Shown: positions 56,574 through 64,000 of the stretch, piece after piece
Layout: every line of letters begins with the position of its first letter
How positions within the stretch are numbered: the stretch's first letter is position 1
Assembly (NCBI GenBank): GCA_051004775.1
Contig: JBPCJZ010000084.1
Coordinates: 16,589 to 80,588, forward strand
DNA length: 64,000 nucleotides
Direction of reading: 5' to 3'
From: Gemmatimonadota bacterium
GTDB lineage: Bacteria; Gemmatimonadota; Gemmatimonadetes; Palauibacterales; Palauibacteraceae
Made by a program: the position numbers and the translations under genes
The notes under the pieces: model-generated
Database searches by the model: none
What the model saw: only the letters and a program-made list of their open reading frames with translations
What the model was told of the DNA's origin: nothing

Positions 56574-58171
56574 GGCCGGTGGAGACGTACCGGACCGGCG
56601 TCGCCGTCCTCGTCGCCCTGGGCGGGCTCGCGGCGGGAGGATCGCTCATGCAGCGGGCGGCTTCCGCCCAGGAGACGGGTTCGTTCGATCGCGCCCAGTT
56701 GCGGCGCGTCGCCCAGATCATCTCACGGCGCTACGTCGAGGAGATCCCCGCCGACCGCGTCTACCGCATGGCGATAGACGGCATGCTCGAGGAACTCGGC
56801 GATCCGAATACTTCGTTCATCGATGTGGCCGACGCGACGGACCTGGAGATCACGACGACAGGCAACTACGCGGGCCTGGGCATCCGGGTGCAGATGGTGG
56901 CCGACTGGGTCACCGTGATGAGCGTGATTCCGGGGACGCCGGCCGAGCGCGAGGGCCTGCTGCCAGGTGACCGGATCGTGGGCATCGACGGCAAGAGCGT
57001 CGCCGGCTGGGAAGAGGTACGCGTCATCGAGCGGCTGCGCGGTGAGGAAGGCGACCCGGTACGCGTCTCCCTCGGGCGGTTCGGGCTGTCGGAGCCCGTC
57101 GAGCTCGTCGTCACCCGCGAGAACATTCACGTTCCCCCCGTCCTCGCGTACCGCCTCGACGACCAGATCGGGGTCGTGCAGCTCACATCGTTCAGCCTCG
57201 AGGCCCGGGCGGAGCTCAAGCAGGCGATCGAGCGGCTGCGGGACGAGGGCGCCACGCGGCTGATCTTCGATCTCCGCGGCAATCCCGGCGGCCTGCTGGA
57301 AGAGGGCGTCGCGGTGAGCGATCTGTTCCTCACCCGCGGGACGACGATCGTCACCACGGCGTCCCGCGTGGACGACCAGAATTATCTGTTCCGTTCGGAG
57401 CACGACCCGACGTTCTCGGACCTGCCGATGGCCGTGCTGGTCGACGGGACGAGCGCGAGCGCATCGGAGATCGTCGCGGGCGCCCTGCAGGATCACGACC
57501 GTGCGCTGGTCGTCGGCACGCCAAGCTTCGGCAAGGGATCGATGCAGACGGTCTACGCCATTCCGGGCGGTCACCACCTGAAGCTGACCACCGCGAACTG
57601 GTTCACCCCGAGCGGTCGCTCGATCCAGCGGGAGCACGACCTCGACGGCCTTCCCGTCGCGACGTCGGATCCGGCGGCGATCGACGCGACGCCGGTGGAA
57701 CGCCCGGACACGACGGGGCGGAAGGTGTACTACACCGAGGGCGGGCGACCCGTCTACGGAGGCGGGGGGATCGTGCCCGACGTGATCGTGGCGGACTCGG
57801 CGACGGATTCCGAACGCCGTCTCGGCAGCGAACTGAAACGCCAGGCCCTGTCGATTCGCCAGCTCGCGTTCCGCTTCGCCGTGAAATGGCGGGCGGAGCA
57901 TCCGGATATGACCGCGGACTTCGTCGTCACGCCGGAGATGCGGAACCGTTTTCTCGAGCTCCTGCGCGACGAAGAGATCGGGATCGACGACGCGGTCTAC
58001 GCGGACGTCTCCAAGCTGATCGACCGTTTCCTGGCGGTGCAGCTCGCAAATACGGGGTTCGGAGAACTGGAGTCGCTGCGCCGCAGCCACCAGGGAGACC
58101 CGCAGTTCGAACGCGCCGCGGAATTACTGCGTGGGGCGGGTTCGACGGAAGAACTGCTGAAGACCGACTGA
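56570..58171 (+). CDS. S41A C-terminal processing protease (PDZ), copy 2
   Basis: AGLGI PDZ, DLRGNPGG, SASASEIVAGALQD, SFGKG; ATGA overlap with copy 1. Confidence 0.92.
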   Translation: MRPVETYRTGVAVLVALGGLAAGGSLMQRAASAQETGSFDRAQLRRVAQIISRRYVEEIPADRVYRMAIDGMLEELGDPNTSFIDVADATDLEITTTGNYAGLGIRVQMVADWVTVMSVIPGTPAEREGLLPGDRIVGIDGKSVAGWEEVRVIERLRGEEGDPVRVSLGRFGLSEPVELVVTRENIHVPPVLAYRLDDQIGVVQLTSFSLEARAELKQAIERLRDEGATRLIFDLRGNPGGLLEEGVAVSDLFLTRGTTIVTTASRVDDQNYLFRSEHDPTFSDLPMAVLVDGTSASASEIVAGALQDHDRALVVGTPSFGKGSMQTVYAIPGGHHLKLTTANWFTPSGRSIQREHDLDGLPVATSDPAAIDATPVERPDTTGRKVYYTEGGRPVYGGGGIVPDVIVADSATDSERRLGSELKRQALSIRQLAFRFAVKWRAEHPDMTADFVVTPEMRNRFLELLRDEEIGIDDAVYADVSKLIDRFLAVQLANTGFGELESLRRSHQGDPQFERAAELLRGAGSTEELLKTD

Positions 58172-58200
58172 CGGTGCCGACGGGCGAGACCCGCAGGCAC

Positions 58201-58258
58201 AAAAAAAGCCGGGCGGAGTGCGGAGCCGGATCAACTCGGCGCGCCTCCGCCCGGCTTT
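58201..58258 (-). terminator. Intrinsic terminator of the HU gene (probably bidirectional)
   Basis: AAAGCCGGGCGGAG (58205-18) / CTCCGCCCGGCTTT (58245-58); A7 run gives U7 on the minus strand. Confidence 0.8.
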
Positions 58259-58268
58259 CTGGTCGAAG

Positions 58269-58562
58269 CTAGTCGCGCACCCGCTCCTTGAGACCCTTGC
58301 CGGCCCGGAACGAAACGCTGTTGCGAGCCGCGATCTTGATCGTCGCGCCCGTCTGCGGGTTCCGGCCCGTGCGCGCCTTCGTCCGCCGCGTCTTGAACGT
58401 ACCGAAGCCGGTGATGGTGAAGTCCCGGCCGCCATCGAGTTCGATGGCAATAATGCCATCCCGATCCTTGGTCGAGAAGATCGCATCGATCACATCCATG
58501 GCCTTCGACTTCGAGATGTCGGTCTTCTTGGCGAGCTTCTCCGCGAATTCCTGTTTGGTCAC
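58269..58562 (-). CDS. hup: HU histone-like DNA-binding protein
   Basis: MTKQEF, ITGFGTF, ARTGRNPQTG, FRAGKGLK; AGGAG RBS. Confidence 0.95.
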   Translation of the reverse strand: MTKQEFAEKLAKKTDISKSKAMDVIDAIFSTKDRDGIIAIELDGGRDFTITGFGTFKTRRTKARTGRNPQTGATIKIAARNSVSFRAGKGLKERVRD

Positions 58563-58811
58563 GCTACTCTCCTGTGGAACGGGGAAAAAACGGTGCTTAT
58601 GGCAACGCTGACCCCATTATGGGTGGACTATTCACCGCCCGCAAGGCATGCCGGGCGATTTGAGCGCGGAAGTCCGCGACGTTCGAACGAGACTTCGCCG
58701 ACGCGGCGAAGCGAAACTCGACGGACCCCCCGAACGTAGGGTCCCGCAGAGACGGACAGGTGCGGCGCCCGACCGGGAGTCGTGGAACGGGGAGCGGAGG
58801 GAACGGTAGAC

Positions 58812-59279
58812 ATGCAAGAGATTACAGCACAGCAAGATACAGAAGTTGGTGCGGACGGTGAGAAGGCTGCGAAGGGGGGGTGGGGACAAGTCGGACGCGA
58901 CGTGCTGGTCTTTCAATTCAAGCTCGTCGTGGACGGCTTCAAGGACCTGTTCCTCGCCCAGGTCGCGCTCGGCGCGGCGCTGGTGGATCTGATCCGCCGC
59001 GACGGCACGCCGGGGCGACGGTTCTACGGGATCGTCCGCCTCAGCCATCGCTTCGAAGAGTGGATCGACCTGTATGAGCCACTCGTCCGGGTCCCCGATG
59101 ACGCGCCGCACTACACGCCGAAGACGTCGCGCAGCGTCGACGACCTCATCGACGGGGTCGAAGCTTCGGCGCGGACCGTCGCGGAGACATCGGCGCGCGT
59201 GGCGACCCGGGGCGCCGCCGCGGTGCGCGGCGCGCGTGAGGGGAGCCGAAGCGGGCCCGAGGCGTTCGGGGGGACCTGA
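58812..59279 (+). CDS. Hypothetical protein
   Basis: RDVLVFQFKLVVDGFKDL...FYGIVRL..RFEEWIDLY is protein-like; start 58812 or 58782. Confidence 0.7.
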   Translation: MQEITAQQDTEVGADGEKAAKGGWGQVGRDVLVFQFKLVVDGFKDLFLAQVALGAALVDLIRRDGTPGRRFYGIVRLSHRFEEWIDLYEPLVRVPDDAPHYTPKTSRSVDDLIDGVEASARTVAETSARVATRGAAAVRGAREGSRSGPEAFGGT

Positions 59280-59315
59280 CCCGAGCCTCAGAAAGCCTGT
59301 CGAAGAACGGGGGCG

Positions 59316-59375
59316 GGACGCGCGAGCGGACGCGCGAGTGGTCCTACGACTGGTCGTGCGCCGGGTCGTGCGGCG
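59316..59375. repeat. Two adjacent 12-bp tandem duplications
   Basis: GGACGCGCGAG(C/T) x2 at 59316-59339; GGTCGTGCG(C/G)CG x2 at 59352-59375. Confidence 0.65.
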
Positions 59376-59485
59376 GGTGGGCAATCCCGGGCGCGGCTGA
59401 CGCACCTGGCAGCGAGGCGTATACTTGACCCTCGCGTGGCGAACAGCCGCGCGATCGGCAGGTCACTCGCACCGGAGCTGCATCC

Positions 59486-60508
59486 CTGAATAGCGGATCC
59501 ATCGAGGTTCTCGTCGAGCGCGGAGCTCGCGTCGAATCACGCCATCGCGTCCACGCGGCCGTGTGCCGCTCCGACCGAGGGAAAGTGGCCACCTTCGGCG
59601 ACCCCGCCGCCTCCTCGTTCTGGCGTTCGGCGCTGAAGCCATTCCAGGCGCTTCCCATCGTAGACGACGGCGTCGCCGACGCGTTCGACTATGGCCCCGA
59701 GCACCTCGCCGTGACCTGCGCCTCGCACGGGGGGCGTCCGGAGCACCTGGCGCGCGTCGAGCATATCCTCGCGGCCATCGGAAGGTCGCCGGAGGATCTG
59801 CACTGCGGCCCGCACACCCCGTACGACGAGGAGGCGGCGCAGACACTGGCCTGCGCCGGCCACGCACCCGGACGGCTCCACAACAACTGTTCGGGCAAGC
59901 ACGCCTCGATGCTGGCGCTGGCTCTTCACCGCGGGTGGGAGCCGGAAGGGTACTGGCGCTTCGACCATCCGGTGCAGGCGAGGGTCCGCGATCTGCTGCC
60001 GGACTACATCGACGCGTCTCCGGCCGACCTGCCGTGGGAGGCGGACGGCTGCGGGATCCCCACGGTGCTGATTCCACTTGAGGCCATGGCGCTCGCCTAC
60101 GCCCGACTCGCCGACGGAGCCGCGGCGACCGGGTCGGCGCCGGCCGCCGTTGTCGACGCGATGACGCGCCACCCGGATCTTACCTCGTCCCCGGGGCGCG
60201 AACCGCTCCGCATCATGCAGGCGACGGAAGGCCGCCTCCTCGCGAAGGAAGGCGGCGAGGGCGTGCTGTGCATCGCCGCCGTCGGGGAGGACTGGGGCAT
60301 GGCGCTCAAGGTCGAGGACGGATCGCGGCGCGCGGTCGGACCCGCGGCCGTCGCGCTCCTCGGATCCTGCGGTCTGCTCGAACCCGCGGAGGCGGCGGCG
60401 CTCCTGGACCTGGCCGAGCCGCCGATCCTGGATACCCTCGGATGCGCTGCCGGAAGGATTCATGCCGTGGCCGGCCGGGCAGCCGACGCGATGGATCGCC
60501 GCGCGTGA
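59486..60508 (+). CDS. L-asparaginase II (Rhizobium etli AnsA-type) family protein
   Basis: ERG..VESRH, RSALKPFQA, CASH, NNCSGKH, DGCG, AKEG; proposed CTG start at 59486 (ORF track start 59561 cuts off a conserved motif). Confidence 0.85.
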   Translation: MNSGSIEVLVERGARVESRHRVHAAVCRSDRGKVATFGDPAASSFWRSALKPFQALPIVDDGVADAFDYGPEHLAVTCASHGGRPEHLARVEHILAAIGRSPEDLHCGPHTPYDEEAAQTLACAGHAPGRLHNNCSGKHASMLALALHRGWEPEGYWRFDHPVQARVRDLLPDYIDASPADLPWEADGCGIPTVLIPLEAMALAYARLADGAAATGSAPAAVVDAMTRHPDLTSSPGREPLRIMQATEGRLLAKEGGEGVLCIAAVGEDWGMALKVEDGSRRAVGPAAVALLGSCGLLEPAEAAALLDLAEPPILDTLGCAAGRIHAVAGRAADAMDRRA

Positions 60509-61176
60509 GCGTCGCCTCGCCCCGCGCGCTGGGGGAGTCGGAGCGTACCCTGGTCTGTCTGTCGGAGGCTATGGCCAGCCGGGACGAGGCCGGTATCGAA
60601 GCGGAGCTCCGCCGTGCCGCGGGTAACACACCGCCGGAGCGCGTCGACGAAGCCGTGCTCCAGGCGTGCCTGTTCCTCGGGTTTCCGGCCACACTCGAGA
60701 CGGCCATGAGGTGGGCCGCGATTCGTGGAGCGCCGGCCGGCGAAAGCGAGACGCCGGAGTCCGCGAGCGACGAAGTACTGGCGCGCGGGGAGGATTTGTG
60801 CCGGCGGGTGTACGGCTCCGCGTATGACGGTCTACGCGACAACGTCGCGGCGGCCCACCCCGCGCTGGATCGGTGGATGGTGCTCGACGGCTATGGCCGG
60901 GTGCTGTCGCGCCCGGGCCTCGCAGCCTGGATCCGGGAACTGTGTATCGTCGCGATGCTGGCGAGCCGCGACTGGGAGCGTCAGTTGCATTCGCATCTCC
61001 GGGGAGCCCTGCGGCTCGGCGCGGAGCCAGACCAGGTGGCGGAGGCTCTGACGATCGGTGTCGCCCGGCAGACGGCGGAGACCCGGCGCCGGCTGACGAA
61101 GCTGTGGGAGGGTGTACGTGAACGGCACGAAGGGCGGGAGCCTGTTGAAGACTTGGATTCAATAGATGTTCATTGA
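60505..61176 (+). CDS. Carboxymuconolactone decarboxylase (CMD/AhpD-like) family protein
   Basis: LFLGFP, GYGRVLSRPGL, RELC, QLHSHLRGALRLG; GTGA overlap. Confidence 0.82.
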   Translation: MSVASPRALGESERTLVCLSEAMASRDEAGIEAELRRAAGNTPPERVDEAVLQACLFLGFPATLETAMRWAAIRGAPAGESETPESASDEVLARGEDLCRRVYGSAYDGLRDNVAAAHPALDRWMVLDGYGRVLSRPGLAAWIRELCIVAMLASRDWERQLHSHLRGALRLGAEPDQVAEALTIGVARQTAETRRRLTKLWEGVRERHEGREPVEDLDSIDVH

Positions 61177-62218
61177 TTTCGCGCGGATTCGGCTGCAGGG
61201 TGGCCCCGGGGGCGCCGGCGCCATGGCGTTTCGCCGCGAGACGGGGGTGCCCCGTGGCGGGCCCTCCGGCGGCAACGGCGGAACCGGGGGCGACGTACTG
61301 CTGGTCGCCGACCCGCAGCTCGACACGTTGCTCGACTTCAGCTATCGCGAGAGCTATACCGCCGGTCGCGCGGGTCACGGCGAGGGCAGCAACCGGACCG
61401 GCAAGGACGGCGAGGACCTGGAGCTGCCCGTCCCGCCGGGCACGATCGTCCGGGACGCGGACACGGGCGAGGCGATAGGCGAACTGCTCGAACCGGGAGA
61501 CCGGCTGATCGTGGCCCGCGGCGGCAGGGGCGGCCGCGGGAACGCCTCCTATGCCACCTCGACGCACCAGACTCCTCGCGAATGGCAGCCCGGTGAATGG
61601 GGCGAAGAACGGCGTATCGAGCTCGAGCTCAAGCTCATTGCGGATGTCGGCCTCGTCGGCGAACCCAACGCCGGGAAGTCGACGTTCCTCGCCGCCGTCT
61701 CGGCGGCGCGTCCCAAGGTGGCCGACTATCCGTTCACGACGCTCAGGCCCAATCTCGGCGTCGTTCCGATCACCGACGGCCGGACGATCGTCGTCGCCGA
61801 TATCCCGGGCATCATCGAAGGCGCGGCCGGCGGCAAGGGCCTGGGAACCAAGTTCCTGCGGCACATCGAGCGGACGCGGACCCTCGCCCTCTTCGTGCCC
61901 TCCGACGCGGCCGATCCTCAGCAGACCTACGAGACGCTTCGCGCCGAACTCAGAACGCACGACATCGCGCTCGCCGCGATCGCCCACTGCCTCGTGATCA
62001 CGAAGGCGGACCTCGTTCCAGAGTCTGAGCGCGAGGCGTTGGCCGAGTCGGTCTACGCCCCCGAGGCATGGGGGACCTTCGTCGTTTCGAGCGTCGCCGG
62101 CTACGGGCTCGGACCGTTGAAGCGGGGGCTGTGGGAGCGGGCCGAAGAGATCCGGGCACTCGAACGCGGCGAGGCCGAGACCGAGCGGTTTCCCGAGCTC
62201 GACGAGTGGCGCCCGTAG
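61166..62218 (+). CDS. obgE: Obg GTPase
   Basis: MFIDFA, Gly-rich Obg fold, GEPNAGKST, ADYPFTT, DIPG, FLRHIER, TKAD. Confidence 0.97.
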   Translation: MFIDFARIRLQGGPGGAGAMAFRRETGVPRGGPSGGNGGTGGDVLLVADPQLDTLLDFSYRESYTAGRAGHGEGSNRTGKDGEDLELPVPPGTIVRDADTGEAIGELLEPGDRLIVARGGRGGRGNASYATSTHQTPREWQPGEWGEERRIELELKLIADVGLVGEPNAGKSTFLAAVSAARPKVADYPFTTLRPNLGVVPITDGRTIVVADIPGIIEGAAGGKGLGTKFLRHIERTRTLALFVPSDAADPQQTYETLRAELRTHDIALAAIAHCLVITKADLVPESEREALAESVYAPEAWGTFVVSSVAGYGLGPLKRGLWERAEEIRALERGEAETERFPELDEWRP

Positions 62219-63381
62219 GCGAACGGGCGCCCGCGATCGGGCGCGAGGCGGGCGCGCTACTCGCCCTCGACAGCGCGGACTACGTCGGCCCCGTGACGGT
62301 GACCCGGTTGCTGGAGCGCTACGAGTCGCCCCTGCGGGCCCTGGAGGCGGCCGCGAGGTCGCCTCTCCTCACGCGCCGCCAGCGGCAGGGCGTCGCGGCC
62401 GTGCGTCGGGGCCGCACGGCCGAGGCAACGGCACGCGACGCGGCCGCCCGCGCGCGCGACGAGATGCCACGCGGGGCGCGGCTCGTCACCTGCGTAGACC
62501 CGGCGTATCCCCATCGGCTTCGCCGACTCCATCATCCGCCCGTGGTTCTCTGGGCATGGGGTCCGCTCGCGATCGACGCCCCGCGGACGGTGGCGGTCGT
62601 CGGCACGCGTCGAGCCACGCGGGAGGCACGGGGCCTGGCGTTCGAAATCGGGGCCGGGCTCGCGCGCCGGGGAGTGCGAGTGGTGAGTGGGATGGCCGCC
62701 GGAATCGATGCCGCCGCGCACCGCGGAGCCGCGTCCGTCGGTGGAGAGACGGTCGGCGTGCTCGGTTCAGGGCTCCGGTTCACGTACCCGGTCGAGAACG
62801 TCCGCCTGTACGACCGCATGCGGGCCGACGGCCTCCTGCTCACGGAATTCGAACCGGGTGAAAGGCCCGTAGCGTGCAACTTTCCGAGGCGCAACCGGAT
62901 CGTCGCGGCCCTGGCCGACGCGGTCGTGGTTGTGCAGGCCGGCCCGCGCAGCGGGGCCCTCCTGACCGTGGGTCACGCGATCGACATCGGCGTCGACGTG
63001 ATGGCCTGTCCCGGTCCCGTGAGCGAGCCGGGAAGCGCGGGCTGCCACGACCTGCTCCGCGACGGCGCCGGTCTCGTGACGTCGGCCGAGGATGTGTGCC
63101 GGCTTCTCGCCCGGAGCTGGGGAGGCGAAGACGTCGTCGACGCCCCCGGCCCCGCAGATTCCGGGGACAAGGGCGACCCCGGGCCGGCCGCGACCGTGCC
63201 CGCGGCGTGGGACCCGACGGAAGCGGCCGTGCTGGCGCGACTCGACGTGGAGCCGGCGGCGCTCGACGAGCTCGCCGGGCTCGGCGGCGGGGCCGCGGCG
63301 GTGGCCGGGCTGCTCACCCGTTTAGAACTCGAGGGCGCCGTGCGCGGGCTGCCGGGCTGCCGCTACGAGCGTTGCCGGTGA
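62206..63381 (+). CDS. dprA: DNA-processing protein DprA/Smf
   Basis: YPHRL...PPVVL, VAVVGTR, VSGMAAGIDAAAH, FPRRNRI, SGALLT; start estimated. Confidence 0.93.
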   Translation: MAPVGERAPAIGREAGALLALDSADYVGPVTVTRLLERYESPLRALEAAARSPLLTRRQRQGVAAVRRGRTAEATARDAAARARDEMPRGARLVTCVDPAYPHRLRRLHHPPVVLWAWGPLAIDAPRTVAVVGTRRATREARGLAFEIGAGLARRGVRVVSGMAAGIDAAAHRGAASVGGETVGVLGSGLRFTYPVENVRLYDRMRADGLLLTEFEPGERPVACNFPRRNRIVAALADAVVVVQAGPRSGALLTVGHAIDIGVDVMACPGPVSEPGSAGCHDLLRDGAGLVTSAEDVCRLLARSWGGEDVVDAPGPADSGDKGDPGPAATVPAAWDPTEAAVLARLDVEPAALDELAGLGGGAAAVAGLLTRLELEGAVRGLPGCRYERCR

Positions 63382-64000
63382 GCGAACCCGGCCCGCCGAT
63401 CCGGCCGCGAAGCGTCTACGTTCACGTACCGTTCTGCACGAAACGGTGCCACTACTGCGACTTCTCCGTCGCGCGCGCCAAGACCCCGCCGATCGACGCC
63501 TACGTCGACGCGGTCGGCCGGGATCTCGACCAGTGGTGGGCGGAACTTGAGCTCGCGGGGCGGCTCGACGTCGATACGATATTCATCGGTGGCGGCACGC
63601 CTTCGCTTCTCGGAGCCGACGGGATGCGCCGTCTCGCGGGCAAGCTCGAGGAACGCTTCGACTGGGACGCCGAAACGGTGGAGTGGACGGCGGAGGCGAA
63701 TCCGCGCAGCCTGACGTCCGACGTCTGCGAGGCCTGGCGGGAGCTCGGGATCAATCGGGTGAGCCTCGGCGTTCAATCGTTCCAGGACGGCCCGCTCGAA
63801 TGGCTCGGCCGGTTGCACGACGCCGCGGAAGCCTCCGCCGCCGTCCGGCGTGCGCGCGAGGGCGGGTTCGAACGCATCAACATCGACCTGATCTTCGGCC
63901 TGCCCGCCGACGTCGAGCGCGACTGGCCCGCGGATGTAGACCGGGCATGCGAGCTTGGCGTGACGCATGTCAGTGCCTATGGGTTGACCGCCGAGCCCCG
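63378..64000 (+). CDS. hemW: Radical SAM heme chaperone HemW (HemN-like), cut off by the window end
   Basis: Not in the ORF track because it has no stop here; GTG 63378 gives YVHVPFCTKRCHYCDF, IFIGGGTPS, EANP, RVSLGVQSF, NIDLIFGLP, HVSAY. Confidence 0.93.
   Translation, partial: MSEPGPPIRPRSVYVHVPFCTKRCHYCDFSVARAKTPPIDAYVDAVGRDLDQWWAELELAGRLDVDTIFIGGGTPSLLGADGMRRLAGKLEERFDWDAETVEWTAEANPRSLTSDVCEAWRELGINRVSLGVQSFQDGPLEWLGRLHDAAEASAAVRRAREGGFERINIDLIFGLPADVERDWPADVDRACELGVTHVSAYGLTAEP

Noticed and set aside
59344-59359. TACGAC-TG-GTCGTG resembling a DriD-type WYL site
   Set aside because: The half-site spacing is far shorter than the DriD site as I recall it, and it overlaps a tandem duplication
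1-64000. Many long alternative-frame and antisense ORFs in the track (e.g. 20339..23200+, 44402..46132-, 28439..30811-, 31854..33809-)
   Set aside because: They are shadows of well-supported genes in high-GC DNA: Arg/Gly/Pro-rich or antisense to motif-bearing CDS, with no family motifs

Overview
A high-GC (~70% by eye) bacterial chromosomal window with about 53 plausible CDS. I saw no rRNA, tRNA, CRISPR array or mobile element. Gene content and order (ADOP-type permease, BlaI/M56 module, rpmE-prfA-prmC, ino1-tmk-S41-S41, obgE-dprA-hemW) suggest a Gemmatimonadota-like diderm; this is inference, not a classification. The left part is accessory and envelope genes: multicopper oxidase operon, GT4, amidohydrolase, a BlaI/BlaR1-HEAT module with a separate secreted HEAT protein, MscS/MscL, a HEAT + HD-GYP pair and secreted peptidases. 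The middle is rich in DNA repair: a DEDDh exonuclease, a PafB/PafC-like WYL pair directly upstream of addB-addA, and DUF72-ligD divergent from ku-MerR/TPR. The right part is housekeeping. The top observation is a PafBC-like WYL pair with no pafA/pup/proteasome genes in this window, together with an exact mycobacterial PafBC/RecA-NDp promoter signature (TGTCGGTG-N8-TAAGGT) before the exonuclease. That suggests a LexA-independent DNA-damage regulon outside Actinobacteria. Other highlights are a beta-clamp-type motif (QMDLF) in AddA, a BlaI module whose HEAT sensor is paralogous to its probable effector and shares an operator 9-mer with it, and a sigma54 promoter architecture before an orphan TadE. 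All functional calls come from motif recognition by eye, with no database searches. Many start codons were re-assigned by hand from the ORF track.
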